Source: Staphylothermus marinus F1 | GTDB taxonomy: Archaea; Thermoproteota; Thermoprotei_A; Sulfolobales; Desulfurococcaceae | Length of the DNA: 32,000 nucleotides | Reading direction: 5' to 3' | NCBI RefSeq assembly: GCF_000015945.1 | Contig: NC_009033.1 | Coordinates: 1-32,000 of the forward strand | In this document: in pieces, positions 8,683 to 18,537 of the stretch | Numbering within the stretch: position 1 is the stretch's first letter | Layout: every line of letters starts with the position of its first letter | Translations under genes and position numbers: made by a program | Notes under the pieces: generated by a model | The model's database searches: none | Told to the model about the DNA's origin: nothing | What the model saw: only the letters and a program-made list of their open reading frames with translations

Positions 8683-9723
8683 TTGGTCATCGGTAGATAT
8701 ATTACTACAGTACATGGAAGCGGTGGTTTCGAAACACTAGAAATTATTGAGAAACTTATTGTTCATCGTGTCCCAGAAAATCTGAGAAAAGTATTGGATG
8801 GTGTTGGATTAGATGTCTTAGATGATGGATCAAGTATGCGTATTGGGAACACACACATTGTTATATCAACGGATAATTTCACAGTTAAACCATTATTTTT
8901 CCCGGGAGGAGACATTGGACACTTAGCTGTTTCAGGGGTACTGAATGATCTAGTAATGATGGGTGCTAGACCAATAGCTTTCATGGATGGTATTATTGTT
9001 GAGGAAGGTTTTCCAAGAGATGATCTAGACAGAATACTTGAGTCTATGATTAAATTATTGAAAGAAAACAATGTTGCATTAATAGGTGGAGATTTCAAGG
9101 TGATGCCGAAGAAGAGTTTGGATGGATTAATAATATCTGGTACAGGAATAGGATTAGCTGAGAAACCCATTATAGACAAGATAAAACCAGGCGACAAAAT
9201 AATCGTTACAGGGCCAATAGCTGAGCATGGAGCAACAATTCTCGCAGCCCAGCTTGGAATGCTTGAACAAGCACAAGGTTTGAGAAGCGATACAAGACCT
9301 CTTGTTAAAACAGTGCTTCCCATATTAGAGAAATATAGGGATCATATACATGCAGCACGTGACCCTACACGAGGAGGATTATCCATTGTGTTGAACGAGT
9401 GGGTGCGTGGAACAAAGTATACAATAGTAATTAATAGATCAACTATACCAATAAGAGATGAAGTTAGACAATTCCTAGATGCTCTAGGAATCGATCCATT
9501 AGGTGTAGCTGGAGAGGGCTTAGCTATTCTATCAGTAGATAATGAAGTTGCAGATGAAATCGTCGAAGAGCTTCATAGAAGAGGAGAACCTTATGCAACA
9601 ATTATTGGAGAAGTTATAGTGCCGGAAGAAGAGTATCTTGCTGGAAGAGTTATAGCAATTACAGAAGTTGGAGGAAAAGTAGTTGTTCAACCAAATGCTT
9701 TAAACCTGCCGAGAATCTGTTGA
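8683..9723 (+). CDS. hypE: [NiFe]-hydrogenase maturation protein HypE
   Basis: PurM-like fold with HGSGG near the N-terminus and the diagnostic C-terminal PRIC motif (the Cys that becomes thiocyanated). TTG start. Confidence 0.9.
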   Translation: MVIGRYITTVHGSGGFETLEIIEKLIVHRVPENLRKVLDGVGLDVLDDGSSMRIGNTHIVISTDNFTVKPLFFPGGDIGHLAVSGVLNDLVMMGARPIAFMDGIIVEEGFPRDDLDRILESMIKLLKENNVALIGGDFKVMPKKSLDGLIISGTGIGLAEKPIIDKIKPGDKIIVTGPIAEHGATILAAQLGMLEQAQGLRSDTRPLVKTVLPILEKYRDHIHAARDPTRGGLSIVLNEWVRGTKYTIVINRSTIPIRDEVRQFLDALGIDPLGVAGEGLAILSVDNEVADEIVEELHRRGEPYATIIGEVIVPEEEYLAGRVIAITEVGGKVVVQPNALNLPRIC

Positions 9724-9784
9724 TGATTTAAAGAAAACTTAATCAAATACTTAATCATAGAGAGCACTTAGAGGAAGAACAAAA

Positions 9785-10012
9785 ATGTGCTTGGGAGTAC
9801 CAGCAGAAGTATTGGAGACGAGAAAGGAGGGAGAACTAGTTATATTAAAAGTTAAAATGGGAGGAGTAGTTAAGGAAGTAATTTCAGGAATACCAGATCT
9901 TAAGCCGGGAGAATACGTCATAGTTCATGCAGGAGTAGCTATTTCAAGAATAGACGAGAAAGAACTAAAGGAGATATTGAATGTATGGGAAGAACTAGGA
10001 TCACTTTATTAG
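9785..10012 (+). CDS. hypC: [NiFe]-hydrogenase maturation chaperone HypC/HupF
   Basis: N-terminal MCLGVPAEV (essential Cys2) and a 75-aa OB-fold-sized protein. Confidence 0.9.
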   Translation: MCLGVPAEVLETRKEGELVILKVKMGGVVKEVISGIPDLKPGEYVIVHAGVAISRIDEKELKEILNVWEELGSLY

Positions 10013-10100
10013 TTAATTCTTGATCATAATATGATCTTCTTATTCTTCTGTTTATTCTTTACAAAAAGCTCATTTTCAAATTACTTGATTAAATAATAAT

Positions 10101-13100
10101 CTATTTTGAGGCAGGCTGGATCATTATTGATACTAGTTCGAATGGTTTAAGATCATACTTGATTTCATTATTTACTACAGGTATTTCCCTTATTTTATCT
10201 TCTAATATATTTGTTCTCCACGCTCTTGAAATTGCAAACCTTGTTTTAATCTTTAACATTCCATGTTTATTTTCTGATTCGTAAATGCGTAAAACTATGT
10301 TGTCTCCTTCGATGCTTTTCTTTATGCTTTCCACTATAATATTTTCTGGTTCTATTTCTATGAGTGATTCTTCTAGTTTTCTATAACTGTTTCTTCCATT
10401 ATTGTTTACATATACGTAGAGGGGGTCACGTATTTTCTTGGCTTCAACATGTATTTTAGAGGTATTCCATGAACCATTGTATGGTAGGATTGAGAACTCG
10501 ACTGATATGCTTCCTGTATCACTGAATGGGTTTGGTAGTACTGGTGATTTTATAAGGCTTAACCCTATCTCGTTAAACCTAATTGATACTCCATGCTTAT
10601 AGGGGCTAATAATGGCGAATCCGCGTTCTCCATCCTCTAAACTGGCCCATGAAAGCATTGGTTCTTCGAATCGTGCTTTCTCCCAAGAAGTATTAGTATG
10701 AGTAGGTCTCTCATATACTCCGAACTGTGTATCTCTAATTGATCTTGTAGAGTTTATGTCTGGGTAAAACCATATTTTCACTAATCTCCATTTATCTCTC
10801 CAAAACGCATTTATTTTGAAGTCGATTCTCCTATGATCTCCGTAGATAATCATGTCCATGAACAACTTACTGTTTCTATAAGTATATTCTGCTCTTATAA
10901 TTGCCCTATAAGGATCTATTCTGTGAACATATACTTTATTAGCCAATAACTCTTTGAAGTGTTCTAAGCTGTGTTTATCAATGTTCCAAGCATCCCATTC
11001 ACTCGGCAGATCCTCATATATCTTGATCAATGCAGAAGGTTTTCGTAGTAGTTCGTGACTACTATGTTTATCATAGATTGAAGTGATTAATCCATTCATA
11101 TTGATTCTTATCTTGTAGAATTTGTTTTCGACTAGGATGTATTCTTTATCTTTTTTAACTATTAACTTGGATTCTTTTTCTTTCTCCTTGTTGTTTTTGG
11201 ATATGTTGTTTATGGGGATAATAATGTATCCGTGTCCTGGTACATCTACTTTTACATGTTTATTGTTTATCTCAATAATTTCGCTTCTCCTCCATTGTGT
11301 AGGATTATAGATTATTATTCCTTCCAGATCATTAACTAGTTTTCTTAATCCTTCATTGATCATTTCCTTAGCTTTAGTGATTGATCTAGATAATTTAGTG
11401 CATATATCTTTGTGTACTTCATATGTTATTGTACCGGATAATACATCGTGGAATTCTGCTAGTAGCAGGGTTTTCCATAGATTATTTATTTCTTCTTCAG
11501 GATAGCTTGATCCTTTAATGTATAGCCATGTATATATTTGTTCCAGAGTTCTAAGAAGGTAGTCTAGTATCCATATTTTTTGCTTTATACAAGTATCTGT
11601 TGTGTATGCTCCTCTATGTGTTTCAACATATATGTCTCCATACCATACTGGTAGTTTATCACTATTTTCCATAATTTTATCAATGAAATCATTTATTCTT
11701 CCATGAATAATTCTTGGTGTTAGAGGAGTTTCTTCGCTGTAAAACTCTAGTTTTTCAATCATTTCATGTGTTGGGCCGCTTCCCCCATCACAATAGCCGT
11801 AAGTATATATTCTCGCTGGAACTACTTGTTTTTCCCTATACTCTCTCCAAAGCTCTAGGATTGATTTTGGATCACCTGTTTTAGCTAGTTCACCTGTTAT
11901 TATATGTGTAGGAATGTTTGTTCCATCAATACCTCTCCATAGAAATGTGTCGTAGGGGAACTTATTGTATTCATTCCATATAACTTTGTGTGTTACAAAA
12001 AATTTTATTCCAGCCTCTTTCATTACTTGGGGGAGATTGGGTGAGAATCCAAATGAATCAGGTAGCCACCCAATAATTGATCTCTTTCCAAAGAGTTTTT
12101 CGAATGTTTTTTGCCCGATTAAAAACTGTCTAGCAAGGCTTTCTGAGGGTATTATGTAGACATCGCTTTCAACATACATCCCAGTAACTGGTATAATTCT
12201 CTCCTTATCAGCCAATCTTACGACTTCGCTCCATAAGCTAGGATATTTTTCTTTGAGCCATTCAGCATATAGTGCTGATGAGAAAACATATACTGGTTTA
12301 TTATAGGCTTTAAACTGTGTAATTATCTTAGCAATAGTTTTAGCCATTTTCCATACTGTATCTTCAACACTCCATAACCAAGCAGCATCGATATGAGCAT
12401 TAGCTACTGCATAGAGTAGTCCATATTTCCCATATTTCTCTCTTAATTTCTTAAGCTCAGCTTCTAGTTCAGGTTTCAAATAATTAATTATGCTCTTGAT
12501 TTCTTCTCTATTTATATCTCCATAACCCATTCCTCTAAGCTTTTCCGGCTCATCTCGTGAGAGCCTCATTAATTCATCATATAGCATGGAGTAATGAGAT
12601 AAATTATTCTCTACATAATACTTCATTACTAAGAAATGCATGGGTTCAGGGGTTTGGAGAGGTATTTTAGCTGAGAAATTATCGACTAAGCTAATGATTT
12701 CTCTACGAACATCTTCTCCAACATGCTTCGAGAGATCAAGTAGCCAAATAAGCTTATCAATGAATGATTCAATAGTTTTATCTATGTATAAGAGAAATAT
12801 TTTATCAATAAATGGTTTCTCATATCTTTCGCCAACAATTCCTTGAGGATAAACATGGAGTTCTAAAGTTGTTTCACCAGATACTCCATATAATGGGATC
12901 TTCTTCGTGTAAACATCTACTCCATAATAATACTCATTATTTACAAGCATGAGAGCATTGAAAGCTCCATTAAATAGTAGAGTTGGAAATCCCTTCTCCG
13001 GATCAATAAACACCTTGATCTTCAACTTAGTAGTTCTATTAGTTATTGGAAAACTTATTGGTAAACTCAATATCTTCTTTTCTCCATCAATGCTTATTTC

Positions 13101-13190
13101 CCATTTTGATAGATAGTTAATATCTATTATTGAAAGTGTTTTGAGAACGTATAGTTTTTTATATAGTGAGTCTAGAACTAGATTATCCAT
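10101..13190 (-). CDS. Glycoside hydrolase family 38 alpha-mannosidase (cytosolic, no signal peptide)
   Basis: GH38 N-terminal metal-site motif ANAHIDAAWLW, the catalytic-region motif GWLPDSFGFS, and a size of 1029 aa. Confidence 0.9.
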   Translation of the reverse strand: MDNLVLDSLYKKLYVLKTLSIIDINYLSKWEISIDGEKKILSLPISFPITNRTTKLKIKVFIDPEKGFPTLLFNGAFNALMLVNNEYYYGVDVYTKKIPLYGVSGETTLELHVYPQGIVGERYEKPFIDKIFLLYIDKTIESFIDKLIWLLDLSKHVGEDVRREIISLVDNFSAKIPLQTPEPMHFLVMKYYVENNLSHYSMLYDELMRLSRDEPEKLRGMGYGDINREEIKSIINYLKPELEAELKKLREKYGKYGLLYAVANAHIDAAWLWSVEDTVWKMAKTIAKIITQFKAYNKPVYVFSSALYAEWLKEKYPSLWSEVVRLADKERIIPVTGMYVESDVYIIPSESLARQFLIGQKTFEKLFGKRSIIGWLPDSFGFSPNLPQVMKEAGIKFFVTHKVIWNEYNKFPYDTFLWRGIDGTNIPTHIITGELAKTGDPKSILELWREYREKQVVPARIYTYGYCDGGSGPTHEMIEKLEFYSEETPLTPRIIHGRINDFIDKIMENSDKLPVWYGDIYVETHRGAYTTDTCIKQKIWILDYLLRTLEQIYTWLYIKGSSYPEEEINNLWKTLLLAEFHDVLSGTITYEVHKDICTKLSRSITKAKEMINEGLRKLVNDLEGIIIYNPTQWRRSEIIEINNKHVKVDVPGHGYIIIPINNISKNNKEKEKESKLIVKKDKEYILVENKFYKIRINMNGLITSIYDKHSSHELLRKPSALIKIYEDLPSEWDAWNIDKHSLEHFKELLANKVYVHRIDPYRAIIRAEYTYRNSKLFMDMIIYGDHRRIDFKINAFWRDKWRLVKIWFYPDINSTRSIRDTQFGVYERPTHTNTSWEKARFEEPMLSWASLEDGERGFAIISPYKHGVSIRFNEIGLSLIKSPVLPNPFSDTGSISVEFSILPYNGSWNTSKIHVEAKKIRDPLYVYVNNNGRNSYRKLEESLIEIEPENIIVESIKKSIEGDNIVLRIYESENKHGMLKIKTRFAISRAWRTNILEDKIREIPVVNNEIKYDLKPFELVSIMIQPASK

Positions 13191-13399
13191 ATTTCCCTAA
13201 CCACTATTCAGTGTATTTCTACTATGAAGTTTTAAGTGGCTAAAGTTTTATCTATTCCTCTCTATTATGCCGAGTTATTTGTTGGATAATAAATATTCAT
13301 TTGTGCTAATCTTAATAATTCTGGTTGAAAGATAGTATCGACATGAGGTAATTAATTATAGTAGGGTATTTGTTTCTGTATTTATAAAGGCTGGTAATA

Positions 13400-15736
13400 A
13401 TGGTTGTTGCAAAGAAATTTATTATAATAGGGCTTGTTCAGGGCGTAGGTTTTAGACCATTTATTCATAGATTAGCTGTTAAGCATGGATTGAAAGGATA
13501 TGTTAGAAATATTGGTGGTTCAGAAGTTGAGGTATGGGTTGAGGGGTCTCCGGAAAGTATAGATAAGTTTATTGAGGACTTATATGTTGAGAAACCTCCT
13601 CCGGCTATTATTGAGGATGTATTTATTGAAGATGTGGAGCCCAGGGGGTATGTGGATTTCCATATTTTAAAAAGCAGTAGAGAAGCTGTTAAGAGATCAA
13701 ATATACCACCTGATCTAGCTATTTGCAAGGATTGTTTAAGGGAAATACTTGATCCCAACGATAGAAGGTATCGATACGCTTTTAATAGTTGTGCATGGTG
13801 TGGCCCCCGTTTCTCAATGATATATAGGGTACCCTATGATAGATCGAACACTTCTATGTCTAAATATATCCTATGTAGTGAATGCGAGAAAGAATATCAT
13901 GACATTAGAAATGTTCGGAGATATCATGCGCAGGGAATAAGTTGTTCAGTGGATGGTCCAAAACTATATCTATACACTAATGATTGGGAATATGTTGAGA
14001 CACGTGATCCAATAATTGAAACTGCTAAACTCATAGATGAAGGATACATTGTTGGTGTTAAAGGGCTGGGTGGCTATCATATAGCTGCTCTGGCAACAAG
14101 TGATGGTGTAGTCTTAAAGCTTAGGAAAAGAAAGCATAGACCTACGAAACCTTTCGCTATTATGGGTCTTGATATAAGTGTTCTTGAAAGACTAGTATAT
14201 ATTGATGAAGAAGCTAGATCAATTCTCGAATCCCCTCAAGCACCAATACTGCTACTTCCTAAAAGAGAAGATTCACCTGTTTCAAAATATGTTTCTCCGG
14301 GGTTGAGCCATGAAGGAGTATTTGTAGCATATACTGGTTTACATTATTTATTATTGATGGAGACAAGAGATAAATTTCTCATAATGACTAGTGGCAATGT
14401 TACTGGTGAGCCAATGTGTATAAATGAGGAATGTGCTCGAGAAAAATTGTCGAGAGTAGTTGATTATTTCCTTATTCATGACCGAGAAATTGTTAATAGA
14501 GTGGATGACTCTGTTCTGAGGAATACCAATGGTAAATGGGTATTTCTTAGACGTAGTCGTGGATACGCTCCTATGTGGATAAGAATAAGATCAGATCTTG
14601 ATGGTGAATACATAGCTTTCGGAGCAGACCTAAACAATACTGGAGCATTGGGTTTTGAGGATAAAGTAGTTCTAACACAATACATAGGTGATCTGGATAG
14701 TTTTAATGCACAGAGAGAACTATTAAAATATATTGGGTTTTTCATCGAGAACTATAGGATCAATTTAGATAAAACAATTGTTATCGTGGATAAACATCCA
14801 AGTTATCACTCGAGAAGATTAGGCATGGAATTCGCTGAGAAACATAGATTACCAATTATTGAAGTCCAGCATCACTACGCACATGTTTTGGGGACAGCAT
14901 ATGATAATGGTTTGGAAGGAGAGGTTCTAGGAATAGCTATGGATGGTCTTGGTTGGGGAGATGATAATACTATATGGGGAGGCGAAATATTAGTATTCAA
15001 TACTGATAAATATGATTATAAAAGGCTGGGTCATATAGAGAAGTTGCCATTAACAAGTGATAGAGACACAATCTACCCATTAAGAATACTAGCAGGTTAT
15101 CTATCAAGTAGGGGACATGTTTTTGAAGAAATACATAAGCTGATCAAGAATGTTCTAGAAAATATTGATCATAGACTGGTTGCTGAAATGGAATTAGTAC
15201 ATAAACTTGTAAAAGCTGGTAGATACATTGAAGCATCAAGCACTGGTAGATTCCTAGACATGATATCTGCTATTCTCGGAGTATGTCTTTATAGAAGCTA
15301 TGAAGGAGAACCAGCAATCAAGCTAGAAGCAGTAGCTGATAAAGCAAAATCTCATAAACTACTTGAACATTTCCATATTTCAACCCATAATGGACTATAC
15401 GTATTAGAATATAAAGATCTAATAGAACACCTTATATACAATAACGTAAGGGATAACTCGGTAGCTGAAACAGCTAAAAGCATACTATATAGCTATGGAT
15501 ATTGGATGGGTAAATTAGCTCATAAATTGATTAAGGGTAGGAGAATAGATCATATAGTTGTTTCTGGAGGTGCAGCAGTAAATACATACATTATCAAAGG
15601 ATTAGAGGATAGCTTAGGAGAGCACGATTTAGAACCTCTTCTGCCTAGAAGGATTCCTCCGAATGATGAAGGAATCTCGTTTGGACAGGTGATCGCGGGT
15701 TCTCTTATTAAAAAGAAAAATTCTTTTTCAGCCTAG
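13400..15736 (+). CDS. hypF: [NiFe]-hydrogenase maturation carbamoyltransferase HypF
   Basis: Acylphosphatase domain (VQGVGFRPF), zinc finger CKDC-x18-CAWCGP, a second finger CSEC...CSVDGP, a YrdC-like domain (VKGLGGYH) and a Kae1-like C-terminal half. 778 aa. Confidence 0.95.
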   Translation: MVVAKKFIIIGLVQGVGFRPFIHRLAVKHGLKGYVRNIGGSEVEVWVEGSPESIDKFIEDLYVEKPPPAIIEDVFIEDVEPRGYVDFHILKSSREAVKRSNIPPDLAICKDCLREILDPNDRRYRYAFNSCAWCGPRFSMIYRVPYDRSNTSMSKYILCSECEKEYHDIRNVRRYHAQGISCSVDGPKLYLYTNDWEYVETRDPIIETAKLIDEGYIVGVKGLGGYHIAALATSDGVVLKLRKRKHRPTKPFAIMGLDISVLERLVYIDEEARSILESPQAPILLLPKREDSPVSKYVSPGLSHEGVFVAYTGLHYLLLMETRDKFLIMTSGNVTGEPMCINEECAREKLSRVVDYFLIHDREIVNRVDDSVLRNTNGKWVFLRRSRGYAPMWIRIRSDLDGEYIAFGADLNNTGALGFEDKVVLTQYIGDLDSFNAQRELLKYIGFFIENYRINLDKTIVIVDKHPSYHSRRLGMEFAEKHRLPIIEVQHHYAHVLGTAYDNGLEGEVLGIAMDGLGWGDDNTIWGGEILVFNTDKYDYKRLGHIEKLPLTSDRDTIYPLRILAGYLSSRGHVFEEIHKLIKNVLENIDHRLVAEMELVHKLVKAGRYIEASSTGRFLDMISAILGVCLYRSYEGEPAIKLEAVADKAKSHKLLEHFHISTHNGLYVLEYKDLIEHLIYNNVRDNSVAETAKSILYSYGYWMGKLAHKLIKGRRIDHIVVSGGAAVNTYIIKGLEDSLGEHDLEPLLPRRIPPNDEGISFGQVIAGSLIKKKNSFSA

Positions 15737-17872
15737 CCAAATAGTTTTGATTAACTCCAATGTCTCCTCATTGAAAACTCTAACCATATATGGTGATATC
15801 GTGTATAGTTTATCTCCTATATACAGTGTTCTAATAATATATGGGTGATCTATTATTTTTAGAACAACAAGTGAGTTATTGCTGTATTTAATTACTGCAA
15901 CAGCATCTCCACTTATTGCTCGTACATTTTCAAGTCTGAAGAGAGCTGTTGCTACCGGTATAAATACAAGCTTCTTCTCCGGATCAATAGTGAATGCATG
16001 ATAATCTTGTAGAACAGGCGATAATAGTGGTGAGAGCGTTGCTTTTGCAACTAACAAGATATTTTCTGGATCATTAATATTATATAGTGAAACCATAAGC
16101 TTACCATTATCGACGCCTATGCCCAATATAAGGTTTCTCGATATAGGATGCAGGTACTCATTATATCCTGGAATCTCTAAGTACCCTAATACCACGGGAT
16201 TCCTTGGATCAGAAATATTAATTGCGAATAAGGGATCAACCCGTCTATAAGTTACAAGTATGAATAAGTCTCCTACAAGCCTCGATGCTTTTATGTCTTC
16301 GTTAACTGCCAGATTAGATAATTTACTAATTATTTTTAGATCACTTAGGCCTATAATGTGTAATTCATTATATTTCAATACCTGCTTCGGAACTACTGAG
16401 AAGAAGCCTTTCCAGCCATGCTCAACCAAGGATTTATTAACAAACATAGACCATTTCTTAGTGCCGCTACTATCTGTTATTGTAACCGTTATTTCGAAAT
16501 TATTATTAGAAGCAGGTGTTATTGTATGGAATCTTGCTACTAGCTTATAGTTTCTAACAGTAGTAGCTACAATCAAATAGTTATTTTTGTATTCTTCTAT
16601 GCTGAACTGATCTAATATTGTCCCCGGAACTTCTATTTCGCCCATATATTTCAATGATAATCGATTAATGTCAAGTATGTAGAGTTTTGTATAGTCTGTA
16701 AAGTTTAAAGTGTTGAATTCCGCATTTATATTATTCACTATCTTGGTAATGTTTTCTTGATCTAGTTTGTTTAGATAATCGTTAATTATTTCTAATGCTT
16801 TATAGTAGTTATTGCTTTCGATAAGGGGCTCGATCTGTTTCTTTATTTCTTCCGGCATATACTTAGCTATGATCCTTAAAGCATGTTCTTGATAAGCTAA
16901 CCAGTAGGGATTAGAAGATGCCAATACTAGGTGTTTATGGGACATGTAAACCCATGAGGTGGAGCCCGTTAGGAAGGAGTATGCTGAGAATTTACCACTT
17001 GTAATGTTCAGAGCAACTATGTTTGTGTAGTGGATGGGTTGTTTATCTACTAAATAGATCTTCTCAGGTGGTAGTAAGTGTTCTCCAATTAATGGGATAG
17101 TAATAATTCTATCATATACTGGCTGCTGTGTAATAATATAGAGAATATCGTCTTTAAGTCTGGAAGAAACTATTGTACCTGTGATAGAGATATTGTATTG
17201 TCTAACCGGTTGCTTAGGATCAGATATGCTGAATACATATATTTCACTAATCCATCTCGGTGCTTGGAAAGTTATAGTGAATGTCGTGTTTTCACTTACT
17301 ATCTTTTTCAATATATTGAATTCTCTATTCATAGTTGTCAGTACAATTAAGTTATTTCCTGATAAGTAGATTGAATTAATTGTAGAGTTCAAAACTATTT
17401 TACCAGCATAAATGTTTCGTAGAGCATCAACTATATAAACAGTGTTTCCTCTAGCTATAGCTATTATTTTACCATTAGTCTTAACAATATCTGGTTCATC
17501 AATACCCATAACCTGTACATTAGTGCTAGAATATCTCCCAGACGTTCCTGGTTGAGCCTCATATGATAAGGTTTCTCCTGTAGAAACATATGTTGTTAAA
17601 AACACTATTGATTTTTCTATGCTAGATACTCCTTTAATTTCTGGATTAGATGAAATAGATACCGATGTTTTATTTAAATAGTTTAATAGCTCACTATAAG
17701 AGGAGAAGCTGTTCATCTCTTCTATCTTAGGCACATTTACTTCAATACCTGTTCTAATATTATTTCCAATATTCCTTGTTCCCTGAAAGAATATGGTATG
17801 CATCATTATTGGTAGTAGAATGCCTACTATAAGCGCTATTGCTCCAAGAATTATGATTTTTGATCCATCCAT
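15728..17872 (-). CDS. Secreted/membrane-anchored beta-propeller domain protein (COG4880 / Beta_propel-like), function unknown
   Basis: N-terminal signal anchor (IIILGAIALIVGILLPIMM). The motif YSSTNVQVMGIDEPDIVKTNGKII resembles the family hallmark TNVQVxGVDEADxVKTDG. Recognised from memory, not searched. Confidence 0.6.
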   Translation of the reverse strand: MDGSKIIILGAIALIVGILLPIMMHTIFFQGTRNIGNNIRTGIEVNVPKIEEMNSFSSYSELLNYLNKTSVSISSNPEIKGVSSIEKSIVFLTTYVSTGETLSYEAQPGTSGRYSSTNVQVMGIDEPDIVKTNGKIIAIARGNTVYIVDALRNIYAGKIVLNSTINSIYLSGNNLIVLTTMNREFNILKKIVSENTTFTITFQAPRWISEIYVFSISDPKQPVRQYNISITGTIVSSRLKDDILYIITQQPVYDRIITIPLIGEHLLPPEKIYLVDKQPIHYTNIVALNITSGKFSAYSFLTGSTSWVYMSHKHLVLASSNPYWLAYQEHALRIIAKYMPEEIKKQIEPLIESNNYYKALEIINDYLNKLDQENITKIVNNINAEFNTLNFTDYTKLYILDINRLSLKYMGEIEVPGTILDQFSIEEYKNNYLIVATTVRNYKLVARFHTITPASNNNFEITVTITDSSGTKKWSMFVNKSLVEHGWKGFFSVVPKQVLKYNELHIIGLSDLKIISKLSNLAVNEDIKASRLVGDLFILVTYRRVDPLFAINISDPRNPVVLGYLEIPGYNEYLHPISRNLILGIGVDNGKLMVSLYNINDPENILLVAKATLSPLLSPVLQDYHAFTIDPEKKLVFIPVATALFRLENVRAISGDAVAVIKYSNNSLVVLKIIDHPYIIRTLYIGDKLYTISPYMVRVFNEETLELIKTIWLG

Positions 17873-17962
17873 AATCTGCTCACCTATTTATAGATTCATT
17901 GTTATTATTCTAGTTATAGCTAAGCATTGGACAATGTTGTTCGAATACTTGGACACCTGTGA

Positions 17963-18397
17963 TCATAGTTTTCTCCAAGCGTTTATGCTCTCATATAATA
18001 AGAGAGTAAATGCGGATATTGAGGATATAAGTAGGAGCAATCTATCTATATTGAAGTTTTTATCCAACACTATCTCGATAATACTTCCAATTGTTAAGCC
18101 TAGGAAGAAGAGTGAGTAGATGAAGAGTCTTGGGAGGATTTTTCTATGAATAATAATGTATCCCTCAATACTAACCAATTTATTGATCGTGTATCCTCTA
18201 GATGCTTTCTTAACTATTCCGTCCTCAACCATTTTCTTTAAGTGATAATGAATACTGCTTGGCGCCATATTTAGTGCTTCAGCTATCTCTCTAACACTTT
18301 TAGGCTCGTTTGAGGTAAGCAAGTAAACATATATTTTTCGCTTGACATCGTCAACGTTGCCCAAATCAGTCAAACCTTCGTAGAATGCTAGTTTCAA
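17963..18397 (-). CDS. Winged-HTH (ArsR/TrmB-like) transcriptional regulator with two C-terminal TM helices
   Basis: The HTH reads VREIAEALNMAPSSIHYHLKKMVEDGIV. Two hydrophobic segments follow (LFIYSLFFLGLTIGSIIEIV; LLLLISSISAFTLLLY). TTG start. Divergent from the mbh operon. Confidence 0.6.
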   Translation of the reverse strand: MKLAFYEGLTDLGNVDDVKRKIYVYLLTSNEPKSVREIAEALNMAPSSIHYHLKKMVEDGIVKKASRGYTINKLVSIEGYIIIHRKILPRLFIYSLFFLGLTIGSIIEIVLDKNFNIDRLLLLISSISAFTLLLYESINAWRKL

Positions 18398-18490
18398 ATA
18401 ATTATTCGTTGTTTGGAAACAATATTATGCTAACGTTTTGATTTATGTTTTCCCACAGATTTCCCATATTGTTAGAGCATCCTAACATCA

Positions 18491-18500
18491 TTAATAAATA
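18491..18500 (+). promoter_or_regulatory. TATA-like element (TTAATAAATA) upstream of the hydrogenase operon
   Basis: Lies about 40 nt before the TTG/GTG starts at 18538/18541. An AGGTG SD-like motif lies at 18525-18529. Confidence 0.35.
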
Positions 18501-18537
18501 GCCAATTCCGAAATAATCCATAATAGGTGTTTTAAAT

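Noticed and set aside
10022-10062. Perfect 6-bp hairpin GATCAT-AAT-ATGATC followed by T-rich sequence downstream of hypC, considered as a terminator.
   Set aside because: Archaeal termination depends on oligo-T runs, and the longest run here is T3-T4. The hairpin is short and AT-rich, so it is not called as a terminator.
15728-15736. Convergent 3' gene overlaps (hypF / beta-propeller gene, 9 nt; also THUMP-like / 131-aa ORF, 21 nt at 30817-30837) as possible antisense regulation.
   Set aside because: Short tail-to-tail overlaps are common in compact archaeal genomes, and there is no additional evidence for a regulatory role.
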